In this document: piece by piece, positions 54,250-64,000 of the stretch
How the letters are laid out: each line of letters begins with the position of its first letter
How positions within the stretch are numbered: the first letter of the stretch is position 1
Source of the DNA: a virus
Taxonomy: Duplodnaviria; Caudoviricetes
DNA length: 64,000 nt
IMG/VR virus record: IMGVR_UViG_3300028888_000005
Span: 36,590 to 100,589 of that record
Direction: 5' to 3' (one strand)
Position numbers and translations under genes: made by a program
The notes under the pieces: generated by a model
Seen by the model: only the letters and a program-made list of their open reading frames with translations
What the model was told of the DNA's origin: nothing
Database searches by the model: none

Positions 54250-57195
54250 TTATTGATCGATTCTCCACGGGTTGTACATTACACCATTACCACGATACAG
54301 ACCGTAGCCGAGGTTAGCGGCATTGGTATTTACCATATTGTAGTAAGCATTCTCTTTACCAAGTGCGCCAAGGCTCTTGACAAAGTTGCTGAGGTTAAGT
54401 GAACGTGCAGCATTAGCTCTGTCTCTAGCGGCTTGGTGTGCAGCAATAGACTCACCCATCAAGGACGCAAACATATTATTCTGCCTTGCCCAGTTATTCG
54501 CGTTCTGTGCATCAGCACCGAAGATACCCTGAGAGTTACGAGTATTGACTCCGTTGTTGAATTGAAGCACATTACCCATTTGTTGGTCATTGTACATCCT
54601 GCCCTGTAAGCCAAGCTCTCCGTTTGCCTTCATTGCATTGCGGTTCAGCGCTATTCCATAGGCATTAGCCATAGCGCCGTTACCGTTACTGTTACCCTGG
54701 ATGAATCTGCGCTGCGCAGCGACATCAGCCTGATTGAGTATGTTCTGCATCACGGGGTCATAAGGTCTATAGATCATCTGCTCACCATTTGTGTGGTAAG
54801 TGACGGGTATATAGTTATTGTTCTGACGTGCAAGGTTAGCATACTGGTTACCAGCTGTATAGTCTGGTCTGTTGGTTATGCCAAACAAGTCAGTAAGAGC
54901 AGCGATACCAGAAGCCCAGATAGGAGCATAACGTAATGACTCATCATATAGTCTGGTTCCTGCTGCATGGGAGCCATACCGATCGTCAATGTCTTCCTCT
55001 GGATTAGTGCCATCTCCTGACGGAGTATACACCTCACCATTACCATTAGGATCGTTCTGGAAAGCTTCTAGCTCAGACTCAGTAAGATAATCTCTAGGGG
55101 CAGAACTGTCAGCGCCGTCAACATAAGGCGACATCAGGTATGCGCCTGTCTCCGCGTCAGGGAAGAAGTTAATCTGTTGTCCACGCAGATAGTTTGTAAG
55201 TTCTGGGTCATGGAGTTCACGCCAAGGACCATGTCGTGTGAATGTGAATCCACCTGCGATGTTGTCTTGGAATGTGGGATCAACGTCACCAGTCCTGCCT
55301 TGATGGTTTGTGAAGTATTTGTTGATGTTCTCGTCAGTGAAAACATCATTGATTCCCATTTGATTGGCGTGTTTCTGAAGTCTGCCGATAGCGTCTGACT
55401 TTCTTGTAACCTGTGGGTCGTAGGCAGTCATGCCAGCATCATAGAACAGTTGCTGAAGGTTATTGAACTGTTCCATTTTCAGCCTACGTTCCTCAGGTGA
55501 TTGGCCTTCATAGATATTATCCCTAACCCACTGACGGATGCGGGGAGCCATCATTTCTCTCCATATATCGTTAGAATCTATGGCGAACTGATTGCCAACT
55601 GGTTTGTTAACCACTGTGGCAGAGTATGGGACATAAGGACGTGTAGGTGTACCATCAGCAAATATGTTTACAGAACCACCAATGCCGTACATGTTACCAC
55701 CGAATGCCATTTGCGGTTGCGTCATCGGTATGCCTTCCTGCTGTGCGCCGAGGGCATCCATAGCATCGCCTTCCAACGGTTCTTGTTGTGGCATCATCAT
55801 TGGTTGTTCTTGCGGCATACTCATCATCTGCTGAACAGCCATTTGCTGCATCTGCTCCTGCTGCTTGACCTCCTCCTGGTCCTGTACAATCTCTTTGACA
55901 ATAGCTTTGTCTGTATTCTGAGCAATAATGTCAGTCGGGTTTTCCCTGCTCTCTTTCGTTAATGCTTCAAGGGCTTCAGCATGAGTCATACCAGCAACCT
56001 CAGGATACTTAGCGGCTAACCTATCTGACACATAAGTGCGATTGGATACGACAAAGTCACTCTGCTGTTCCATGCTACCACCGTTAGCAAGCATCTTTGC
56101 AGGTACGATGATCTCATCCTGTTCGACTACATTAGGTACACCCTGTGAATCATAACCCATAGGTACGCCCTGATAGGGGTTATCCTCATGCCTACCACCA
56201 GACGTGATGTACATCAGTCCGTTAGTGAAATCACTACCATGAGTATTCATAGAGCCACCTTCGGCATACATCTTGCCACCACATGCATAAGGGATAGAAC
56301 CGCCGAAGCAGAAAGCACGCTGCTGATGTGTAGGAATACCATAATTCTGCTGCATCTGCTGTACCATCTGTTCCTGATTCTGTAGGTTCCTTTGCTCATT
56401 GCCGTAGGCTATAGTCACACTACCTGGATGGCTAAAGGGATTATCAAAGAAGCCACCCATAGCCCTCTGATTGATTAACAGGTTATCCATTCTGTCCATG
56501 TCATTGTTGTATACTGCATTCTGTGCACCGGCAGAAGCATACATATTTGAGCTTGCCCTTGCACGCATCATCTTGTTAAACTCATCCTCAAATGCACCTT
56601 TGTTCAGCAGGCCAGTCTTGCCCATGTCGCCGTATCCGAATGTGTCTGTTTGAAGAACATTCATCATTTGGTCGGCTACTTGTTGGTTGGAGCCACCAAA
56701 ACGTGCATTGTTTCTCTTGGCTGTATCATCGTTGAACGCATTAATGTTCCAATCAAACTTCTTGGTACCAACCAAAGCGTTGCCTATTCCGCCTATGAGG
56801 TTGCTGCCGATGGTTATGGCACCGCCAAGCAACGGGTTAACCTTACCGACAAGGCCACCAACAGCGTTGCCTATACCGCTGAATGCTTTGCCAAAACCAC
56901 TACTAAGGCCACCACTAATGCCCTTATAAGCCAAAGAGCCCAGTCCCTGTGCTACGCCTCCGACAATGCCGCCACCGCCGATACCAAACTTACCACCAAA
57001 CTTATCCAATGTGCCCATTATTTTTCCTGCACCTGAGTCTGGATTGTTTGCACCGAATACGCCGCCTAACTTTGATGCGGCTGTGTCAAGAATACTACCG
57101 AATCCGTATTTGTTCACAGGCACATGCGGGTCAGCAAAGTACCGCTGCACAGGAGCAGTGGTCGGAACGTGTATATATTGTGGATAATATTGCAT
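54250..57195 (-). CDS. Virion cargo protein (C1-like) with TM-like helices and repeated xAxGG motifs
   Basis: Gly-rich N-terminal helices, GGRHEDNPYQGV motif, LRYAPI...TNRPDY. Confidence 0.75.
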   Translation of the reverse strand: MQYYPQYIHVPTTAPVQRYFADPHVPVNKYGFGSILDTAASKLGGVFGANNPDSGAGKIMGTLDKFGGKFGIGGGGIVGGVAQGLGSLAYKGISGGLSSGFGKAFSGIGNAVGGLVGKVNPLLGGAITIGSNLIGGIGNALVGTKKFDWNINAFNDDTAKRNNARFGGSNQQVADQMMNVLQTDTFGYGDMGKTGLLNKGAFEDEFNKMMRARASSNMYASAGAQNAVYNNDMDRMDNLLINQRAMGGFFDNPFSHPGSVTIAYGNEQRNLQNQEQMVQQMQQNYGIPTHQQRAFCFGGSIPYACGGKMYAEGGSMNTHGSDFTNGLMYITSGGRHEDNPYQGVPMGYDSQGVPNVVEQDEIIVPAKMLANGGSMEQQSDFVVSNRTYVSDRLAAKYPEVAGMTHAEALEALTKESRENPTDIIAQNTDKAIVKEIVQDQEEVKQQEQMQQMAVQQMMSMPQEQPMMMPQQEPLEGDAMDALGAQQEGIPMTQPQMAFGGNMYGIGGSVNIFADGTPTRPYVPYSATVVNKPVGNQFAIDSNDIWREMMAPRIRQWVRDNIYEGQSPEERRLKMEQFNNLQQLFYDAGMTAYDPQVTRKSDAIGRLQKHANQMGINDVFTDENINKYFTNHQGRTGDVDPTFQDNIAGGFTFTRHGPWRELHDPELTNYLRGQQINFFPDAETGAYLMSPYVDGADSSAPRDYLTESELEAFQNDPNGNGEVYTPSGDGTNPEEDIDDRYGSHAAGTRLYDESLRYAPIWASGIAALTDLFGITNRPDYTAGNQYANLARQNNNYIPVTYHTNGEQMIYRPYDPVMQNILNQADVAAQRRFIQGNSNGNGAMANAYGIALNRNAMKANGELGLQGRMYNDQQMGNVLQFNNGVNTRNSQGIFGADAQNANNWARQNNMFASLMGESIAAHQAARDRANAARSLNLSNFVKSLGALGKENAYYNMVNTNAANLGYGLYRGNGVMYNPWRIDQ

Positions 57196-57198
57196 AAC

Positions 57199-60100
57199 TT
57201 ATGGAATAAAATACGTTACTGATATGTCATGTAATACGTGTCTGTATTTGCTTACATCTTCACCAAGGGTGAGTGTAATGTGGCACCATGTGTCACGGAT
57301 ACGGTCACGTGCAAACGTGGATGATGATTCAGCCCTAGGAATGGTAATGTACCATACCTTGAACTTCTTACGCAGATTATGGGCAGGACCTGGCTTCTGT
57401 GTGCCTGTACCCTCAGTCGGGTTAACCAAAGCCTCGCTGAATGTCTGGTAGTTATCAAAGCCGTTAATGTGCGTGAATGTAGTGAATGGCATGTATTGCC
57501 AGTCATTGTTGCTCCATTCCCATGCGTCGGCTCTCCAGCTCATATTGTCAAACACTTTGCTTAGTCCGTAGTCACTGCCTTCATTGTTGCTGTTGCAGAT
57601 AATCTCTACGCTGCTTGGAAACTGTTTGTTGAACAGGTAGCAATAGTTCTGCCTGTTCTTTCTGTGCAGCCACAGATTGATGAACCTTGTAGTATCAGGA
57701 TCATAATCGTATCTACCTTCAGGACCGTTGTCACGAGCAACTGTGATGACAGTATCGCCAAGAGTAAACATGGCGTCCATGTATCTGTAGTCATAGAAAC
57801 TGCTGAATACGCCCATACCTGTATCAAAACACAGACAGTTAGCGTCAGACATAAGGAATAGCTCACCGGTTGTATTGTCCCAGTGTGAACGATATCCTTT
57901 CCAGTCTGACGGATTCCATACATCGAGCAGATTGCCCTGTGTTTTAAACCATGATGCCATACCTTGCGCAGAAGATATATCCTGGATACCTTCGCCAAGC
58001 ATGTACATCTTTCTGCTCTTGCCGTCAAGGAAATAGATGCCATTAGGCGCTACCGAGATACTCCACTTGTTCTGACATCCAACCTCAGTGGTATAGTATC
58101 GAAGGCCCTGCATCTTTCCGCTGTTAGCAAGCTCAAAGGGGAGCCCGTCTGTAGCCTGTACCTGCGAAGTCTCATTGAACAGAATCTGTGATACACCATC
58201 GTTCTGGAAGGCCACAAGCATATTATCAAGGCGTACAATACGGTTAAGGCTACCTTTGTTACCGTCACAGTCGTAACAGTTAGCCATAGTGACACGGGTC
58301 CATTCGTCACGCAGAGAGCCAGCAGTTTTAGGAACAGACCATGTAAAGCTATACCTAAATGTGTCAAGGTTAATCTTCTTTAGATTTTTGGCATTGTAAG
58401 TGAAGAAGTTATCCTGTTGAGAGTAGGCATAGTTCATCAGGTTAAAGTTCTTTGGACGTACATGATTGTTGTTCTGAAGTCCCCTGTTCCTGTCATATCT
58501 GCCATCAATGTTGACATGAGTCTCGGTCATGAAGGATACGATATCAATAACCTTGTTCATATCCTCTTCCGTTTGCGGGTATGTGCGCAGTGCATCATAA
58601 CGTTGATAGTAAGTATCACCAGCAGACCAGATTAGGTCAATACCAAGCCATTCATCCTCATCGTCTTTATGTGACGCAGGGTTATCTAGATATACAGCAT
58701 TACCAGCAGGCATCCAGATATTCTGTTCTAGGGCTTCGTCACTGTCACCACCGAACTTATTAGGCACTGCGGTCTTCCTGCATAACTGGCCCATATATAG
58801 ATAGCCAGCATACTTACCTTCAAAGTTAATATAGTCAAAGCTGCCATGATGTATTGACACACCGGGAACCTGACTCCAAGCACTATCGACAAATACGGCC
58901 TCTTCATTGAGCATAGCCATTTCAGCGAACCTTGGATAGTTGGAGTCAGAATCTTCTTTCGACCAGAAACAAGTCGACAAAGGATACATTTTGGTCTCAA
59001 CCCCTCCCCAACCAAGAACAGGTCTGCATTTGTGATTGCTCTGATCGGTAACAGGATGATTAAATGACACAACCACATGACTGCATGAATTGTATCTCAT
59101 TGGAATTGGTGACATACTCTTGCCAACACCAGGCTTTAGGCTGAAATCATCAGGATCAGTGCTACTATCACCGCTGAGGGTATTAAACTGACTGAGAGGT
59201 GAATACGGGGAACCAAACGCTAAGTGCGCTAAGTTGTCGCCAGAGAATCCTTTCACGAAGTGAGGTAAGTAGGAAACCATACGTGGATAACCACCTGCAC
59301 GTGACAGTTCAGGAGCTGTCCAAGAATCATTCTGTTGCACATACCCGTCAATTATAGGAACAATCAACTTATCAATCTGACCGAAGTAGTTGACAGAATC
59401 AAACACATCATCTTTAATTTTATGCAGTGTTTGCGCTTGTGAGTCAAGCACGGTATCCGCATACACCTTAAACGTATTACATAGATTCGGATTCTCAACA
59501 TAAAACGTTTTGTTGCTATAATGCAGATTGGCTATTGTCTTATATTTTAGTTCAGCCGATATGTAGTTATCCCCGACATTACTCTTAGACTCAGGATCCT
59601 GTGTCGTGTTCTCGTGGTTTGGGTATGTCTTCCTGCTACCGATGCTATCATTATTAAGCGACCCCTGACCCTGCCAAGGATACACAGCAAACCCAGTAGC
59701 TTTAGGCGGATCATTCTGATAGCCATTACTATTAACTGTGCTCCACGTTAGATCATCATGCCAAAGACCTGCGCTAATCAAAGACTTCCATCCGAATCCA
59801 CAAAGTTCCATAGGAGCACCTACTGTCTCGTTGTTGTAGAAACCTTGTGGCATCTTCAAGCTGTCGTTATTTTTGTTATAGAACTTATTGGGGGGCGTAT
59901 TTGTCCTGATGTCACATGAGGATATGAAGGAATGGATCGGAATAAACCCAGTCAGCTTCATGTGACAGTCACCAAACTTAACAGCCTGAAGTGATTGGTC
60001 AAACTCGATATCAGCACTGTTGAGGGTGAGGATGCTCTGGTCAACATAGAAGAAGTCACCGAAATGCTTAATGAAATCATCTATAGCTTCTACTAGGGAT

Positions 60101-62637
60101 GAGTTTTGTGGAACAGTCACATAAGGGAGTGTGATTGTATATTTAGACGACTCGTTAAACGGATAAACACGAGGATTATACATAGACTGTATCTCTCCGT
60201 TACGCTGCTGGCTGTCACCAAGCGGATGGTTATGCCTAAACTCAGCCCACGAACCGTGTGTTGTAAAGTCATACATCCATTTATTAGAGTAACCATCAGC
60301 ATCACCTAATAAACTATCTATTGCTATATAAGATAACGGGTTATACCAATTCCCATCCCAATCTATTTGATCCTTAAACTCATCACATTCTGGGTAAGGA
60401 ACTTTATATGTATCTCCAACGTTTCCATAAATATCAGTACTGAAGTCAGTAACAGTAACAGTAGACATATCCACGGGAGAGAAGGGCCTGAGAAACCACG
60501 AGCTTTGGGCAAACGGAGCATTGTTTGCCCTATCTTTCACGTTGTATACAGTCGGATTAAGCAAACCATCAGTGTAGATATTTCTCTCCCACGGCTTTGG
60601 ATATACGACAACTGGTCTTACTGTCCTGTATCCAGCGTCCCTGAGAGCAGAAACAATGGCGGGACTAAGCGTAAGTTTTGCGTGCACTGGTTTAAAATAC
60701 CCATCATTGAACTGAGGGTAAGCCATGTCATTTAGCTTGTCACCAATCCACCACACATCACTCCACCTACCTGTTCTGTCCTGTGCCTGGAATCCGAAAC
60801 GATAATCCTCACCACGGCGGAAAGACGTTATCTGATATGAGCTGTACAGCAACTGATTCTCGTGACTATAGTAACCAGAGAATTTATCTGCTGGAACCTT
60901 ACTGCCCTCATTGAAGAACTCGATGTTGTTGTCTTTATGCCCCCACGGAAGCAGGGACTCCAAATCAACATCGCGCAGATATTGGTAATTGTTCTTCAGA
61001 TTGCCGAGAAACAACGTATTGCTCTTCTGCTCGATGGTATATGGTATGATACTGTTGCCGCCGAGATATAGGAGTTCGTTAGGATCTACAGCTTCACCAG
61101 TTGTGTTAGTGTCTGTAAACGTAATGGTGTCACTCCATTCAGCAGGGACAGCAATGTCAGCAACTCTACGCACTTCAGCTTCGGCATCGAGGGTTGTGCG
61201 CATGATGTGGTACAGACGTATATAATCAAACCTGCTATCAGGCTCATATCTGCGTATCTTGATTGTGAACGAGTTGGCACAGATTTCATCAGGAGCACCA
61301 CCTCTGTCATCAGGGGATGAATAGTAGATAGGACTTATCCATGCTATGTTACTCTCAGCGCCATACTTGTTCAGATAAGTAAAAGCGAACTGTACAGTAC
61401 CACTAGGAAATACACCGCCAGAACTGTTGCGTGTAACCTTGACATCTTCCTGAAGATGCAGCATAGGCACAGAGTCGAACATAAGGTTATTAGTCCACGG
61501 AATAATTGCTGTACCTTGCTTGTTGAGTCTGGCAATATTAGCATAACGCAACGGTCTCTTGCCATCAACCCAGTAGACCTTCTTAACCTCATCGTTCTCA
61601 AAGTATACAGTGCTCTCTATAGGATACTCAACATCGAAGCCTAAATTGCCACGGAAGTACTCAGTTACTGTGATGTCGGCATCATACCCACGCTGATCTT
61701 CCTGTTTCTTGGTTGCTTCAACAAGATAGATATGGTCGGGACAAGCACCGCCAAGCTCCTCATCATAGCGCTCAACAGGAGTAATTGGAGTCTCTTGCTC
61801 CTCTTCTTCCTCTGGGTCTTCACCTGGAGTTGGTTCACTGCCACCACCACCACCGCCTTGAGGGGGTGCACCATATGGAACGACATTAAATGAGATAACC
61901 AGGTCTTCGTATGATACTATGTCTGTTACGCCTACTGAACTTGGGCGCAAAGTAATGGAACTCATCCTCGCGCCCTGTGCAGTGGTTGGGATTATTATTG
62001 TGAGGTTGATGGTGACTGGTTCGCCAAAGCTGGAGATAGCGTTATCCTGTATGTCATCGATGGTGAAGGAAATGAACGGGTCACTGGTGACACGAACTAC
62101 TCCAGAATAGCCAGCAAAGAAGCTGAACTCAGTTATTGTCAGTGTAACAGATACAGTAGAAAGATTACCAGAAGTGCTTGCTGTTCCTCGTATGATTGTG
62201 GTGGTACTGGTACGGCTTGAGCTCTGATTGCCATTATACTCCAGTGTATACTCACACCATGTATCAGCAACAAATTCCTGCTGCGGTCTTCTGCTGGGAA
62301 CACCGACAGGAATCGGAGTATCAGAGTATGAGAACTGTGTGGGCTCGTTAGGTGAACTATAGCCAGCATAACTGATGCCATCCTCTTCGTGTGTGAACAG
62401 AATACCCGTGCTGCCAATAGTATTAAACCCAATAACAGTACCCTTAATACGAACAACTTTGCCGTTCTTATCCAATGCCTTTAGCGTGCCGGGTTCATTG
62501 ACCAGTGCTGTGAGCGTATTTTTATCATCGTGACGCAGCCTCATGTTGCGTATGTCAAAAGCGTGCTGCTTATCCATTGCTGAATCCGCAACATCTTTCT
62601 GCATACCAACTATCTTATATAAAGCATTCTGTTTCAT
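57199..62637 (-). CDS. Tail muzzle / tail stabilization protein
   Basis: GMQKD...AFDIRNMR, YFENDEVKKVYWVDG, GDTYYQRYD, ETHVNIDGRYD, RKKFKVW...RDRIRDTW...YF C-terminus. Confidence 0.85.
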   Translation of the reverse strand: MKQNALYKIVGMQKDVADSAMDKQHAFDIRNMRLRHDDKNTLTALVNEPGTLKALDKNGKVVRIKGTVIGFNTIGSTGILFTHEEDGISYAGYSSPNEPTQFSYSDTPIPVGVPSRRPQQEFVADTWCEYTLEYNGNQSSSRTSTTTIIRGTASTSGNLSTVSVTLTITEFSFFAGYSGVVRVTSDPFISFTIDDIQDNAISSFGEPVTINLTIIIPTTAQGARMSSITLRPSSVGVTDIVSYEDLVISFNVVPYGAPPQGGGGGGSEPTPGEDPEEEEEQETPITPVERYDEELGGACPDHIYLVEATKKQEDQRGYDADITVTEYFRGNLGFDVEYPIESTVYFENDEVKKVYWVDGKRPLRYANIARLNKQGTAIIPWTNNLMFDSVPMLHLQEDVKVTRNSSGGVFPSGTVQFAFTYLNKYGAESNIAWISPIYYSSPDDRGGAPDEICANSFTIKIRRYEPDSRFDYIRLYHIMRTTLDAEAEVRRVADIAVPAEWSDTITFTDTNTTGEAVDPNELLYLGGNSIIPYTIEQKSNTLFLGNLKNNYQYLRDVDLESLLPWGHKDNNIEFFNEGSKVPADKFSGYYSHENQLLYSSYQITSFRRGEDYRFGFQAQDRTGRWSDVWWIGDKLNDMAYPQFNDGYFKPVHAKLTLSPAIVSALRDAGYRTVRPVVVYPKPWERNIYTDGLLNPTVYNVKDRANNAPFAQSSWFLRPFSPVDMSTVTVTDFSTDIYGNVGDTYKVPYPECDEFKDQIDWDGNWYNPLSYIAIDSLLGDADGYSNKWMYDFTTHGSWAEFRHNHPLGDSQQRNGEIQSMYNPRVYPFNESSKYTITLPYVTVPQNSSLVEAIDDFIKHFGDFFYVDQSILTLNSADIEFDQSLQAVKFGDCHMKLTGFIPIHSFISSCDIRTNTPPNKFYNKNNDSLKMPQGFYNNETVGAPMELCGFGWKSLISAGLWHDDLTWSTVNSNGYQNDPPKATGFAVYPWQGQGSLNNDSIGSRKTYPNHENTTQDPESKSNVGDNYISAELKYKTIANLHYSNKTFYVENPNLCNTFKVYADTVLDSQAQTLHKIKDDVFDSVNYFGQIDKLIVPIIDGYVQQNDSWTAPELSRAGGYPRMVSYLPHFVKGFSGDNLAHLAFGSPYSPLSQFNTLSGDSSTDPDDFSLKPGVGKSMSPIPMRYNSCSHVVVSFNHPVTDQSNHKCRPVLGWGGVETKMYPLSTCFWSKEDSDSNYPRFAEMAMLNEEAVFVDSAWSQVPGVSIHHGSFDYINFEGKYAGYLYMGQLCRKTAVPNKFGGDSDEALEQNIWMPAGNAVYLDNPASHKDDEDEWLGIDLIWSAGDTYYQRYDALRTYPQTEEDMNKVIDIVSFMTETHVNIDGRYDRNRGLQNNNHVRPKNFNLMNYAYSQQDNFFTYNAKNLKKINLDTFRYSFTWSVPKTAGSLRDEWTRVTMANCYDCDGNKGSLNRIVRLDNMLVAFQNDGVSQILFNETSQVQATDGLPFELANSGKMQGLRYYTTEVGCQNKWSISVAPNGIYFLDGKSRKMYMLGEGIQDISSAQGMASWFKTQGNLLDVWNPSDWKGYRSHWDNTTGELFLMSDANCLCFDTGMGVFSSFYDYRYMDAMFTLGDTVITVARDNGPEGRYDYDPDTTRFINLWLHRKNRQNYCYLFNKQFPSSVEIICNSNNEGSDYGLSKVFDNMSWRADAWEWSNNDWQYMPFTTFTHINGFDNYQTFSEALVNPTEGTGTQKPGPAHNLRKKFKVWYITIPRAESSSTFARDRIRDTWCHITLTLGEDVSKYRHVLHDISVTYFIP

Positions 62638-63347
62638 TTGCTGTGTCTTCTGATGTACTCTCTGTTGCCTAAGCCCTCAAACTGCCTGTCAAACTCCGTG
62701 GTTCTGGGAAGCAGGGTGTTCCACATCCTTGTGATGCCTTCCATCTCGCTGATGCTGGGAACCTTGAAGTGTGTAGTGAGTCTAGCTGATGCCCATGCAT
62801 AGCGCTGCTCTGCGCTGTGAAGGACAGGCTGTGCAATCTTGCCTTGATCGAATAGTATCACGAATACCTCACGTTTGATATACGCATCAAGTGCCAACAT
62901 ATAGTGTGGATCATCGATGAGTAACGGCAAGCCTTCCTCATCAACGGGAATGGCAAGATAAGCTAGGGCAACATCACCTTCAGGAAACGAAGCGAAGAAG
63001 GTCCTACCCTGTGTCTTGAAGCTGAGTTCATGGAATCGTCTACGTTCCTCAACGCTTATGTCATTACGCCGAGGATTAAACACGTCAGTCATTGACCTCA
63101 TGCTGATACCACTCTTGCAATCCTTTACCATTTCAATGCTGATGCAGTCGCATGGGAGCTCAGCCTTGAAGTCTTTGATGTGAAGAATCTCTTCCTTGTG
63201 CTGATACATATCAGGCAGTCCATGTATGCCGATAAAGTCAAGGGCATACTGGATGACCTGCTCGAGGTCTACGTCCTGAAGCAAAGGATGACGCAGTGTC
63301 CTCGACAGCGCCTCACGTATGTTGATGTATCTTATCTCGTTGTTCAT
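62634..63347 (-). CDS. Tail ring (tail tubular) protein
   Basis: LRHPLLQD...AELPCD...AYLAIPVDEEGLPL...Q.YAW. Confidence 0.85.
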   Translation of the reverse strand: MNNEIRYINIREALSRTLRHPLLQDVDLEQVIQYALDFIGIHGLPDMYQHKEEILHIKDFKAELPCDCISIEMVKDCKSGISMRSMTDVFNPRRNDISVEERRRFHELSFKTQGRTFFASFPEGDVALAYLAIPVDEEGLPLLIDDPHYMLALDAYIKREVFVILFDQGKIAQPVLHSAEQRYAWASARLTTHFKVPSISEMEGITRMWNTLLPRTTEFDRQFEGLGNREYIRRHSK

Positions 63348-63790
63348 AGTGTGTACATGTGATCAATTTGTTTCATCTTACCTTTGCAGGGCCTTACATC
63401 CAGCATAAGCGGATAATACCACCAGCTACGCCTTGAGCCTATAGTACTGTGTTTGACTCTAAGGTACTTATCAGTCGGGATAGACCGCACAAGAAGCTTG
63501 TCCTTCTTTGCCTCGGCATCTTCTTCCCACAGTTTCAGTGTACGCTTCCAGTCAACACGCCTTGGCCACTTGATACTGTTAGGGCGTATCTCCATGTTGA
63601 ATAGCCCAGGTATGGCTACGTTATGTCCAGCATAAACTAAGTCCCACGCGCAGTCACCTACAGTACGAAGAATGTTGCTGAGTTCAGTGGCAGTCATATT
63701 GTTAGGTATCATACCACGTGATTTCATGATACGATGAATAAGTGCTATGGGATTACGGCTCCGTGACCCTATGTTCCTACCTGCGCTCAT
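63344..63790 (-). CDS. IHF-like tail-module protein
   Basis: Helix plus G.N.AIPGLFNMEI, VDWKRTLKLWEEDAEAKKDKLLVR; crAss tail synteny. Confidence 0.65.
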   Translation of the reverse strand: MSAGRNIGSRSRNPIALIHRIMKSRGMIPNNMTATELSNILRTVGDCAWDLVYAGHNVAIPGLFNMEIRPNSIKWPRRVDWKRTLKLWEEDAEAKKDKLLVRSIPTDKYLRVKHSTIGSRRSWWYYPLMLDVRPCKGKMKQIDHMYTL

Positions 63791-64000
63791 TGCTTAGTAC
63801 TTTGTGGTGATGACATCTTGCCAAAATCATCACCTGCATTATTGTTATAGTCCTCAGGACGATATACACTTCCTGAAAGTTCTTTCACGCAAAGCTCCAC
63901 TAATGTTGGTAACAGAGCTGACTCAATAGGGAAGTTGCTGTCAAGGATATCACAATGCTTGCCTTCAGCGTCACATAGCAGGTCAGCAACCGCACTGGGA
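63787..64000 (-). CDS. Tail ring protein, C-terminal part (truncated by the window)
   Basis: ...CDILDSNFPIESALLPTLVELCVKEL...PEDYNNNAGDD...*, with ATGA overlap. Confidence 0.75.
   Translation of the reverse strand, partial: PSAVADLLCDAEGKHCDILDSNFPIESALLPTLVELCVKELSGSVYRPEDYNNNAGDDFGKMSSPQSTKQ

Noticed and set aside
31108-63635. Numerous 60-300 aa antisense or alternate-frame ORFs within the giant genes
   Set aside because: Shadow ORFs arising from the codon bias of the long real genes
29299-63790. Genome-wide TAG=Gln recoding of late genes
   Set aside because: More than 11,000 late-gene codons are open in code 11 with no in-frame TAG; the amber evidence is confined to the accessory block
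1-64000. CRISPR array, DGR, group I/II introns, inteins, suppressor tRNA
   Set aside because: No repeat-spacer array, reverse transcriptase or interrupted polA/RNAP/helicase seen; no full tRNA recognised by eye (tRNAscan not run)

Overview
About 64 kb of a crAss-like (Crassvirales-type) Bacteroidetes phage genome. The left end has a Bacteroidetes-type tyrosine integrase (cut by the window edge) beside the 3' two-thirds of a tRNA-Ser(GGA), which reads as an attP site of a temperate phage in its free form. Next come a motif-rich non-coding region and small early genes. The + strand replication/recombination block holds DnaB helicase, Sak-like SSAP, SSB-like protein, primase, vWA-metallopeptidase plus MoxR ATPase, PD-(D/E)XK nucleases, a retropepsin and PolA. 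A cassette-like array of small accessory genes follows (20.3-27.2 kb). The late region has a peptidoglycan-hydrolase polyprotein, a ~4600-aa virion RNA polymerase oriented opposite to the other virion genes, three cargo proteins, and muzzle, ring and IHF-like tail proteins. The most interesting unexplained signals are: (i) a dispersed family of putative small RNAs with U-rich segments antisense to Bacteroidetes-style start-codon regions and a GUGA-loop terminator, two of them sharing an identical 16-nt seed; (ii) integrase plus attP in a crAss-like phage; (iii) in-frame TAG codons inside conserved domains of two paralogous genes. All protein calls come from motif recognition by eye; no database searches were run.
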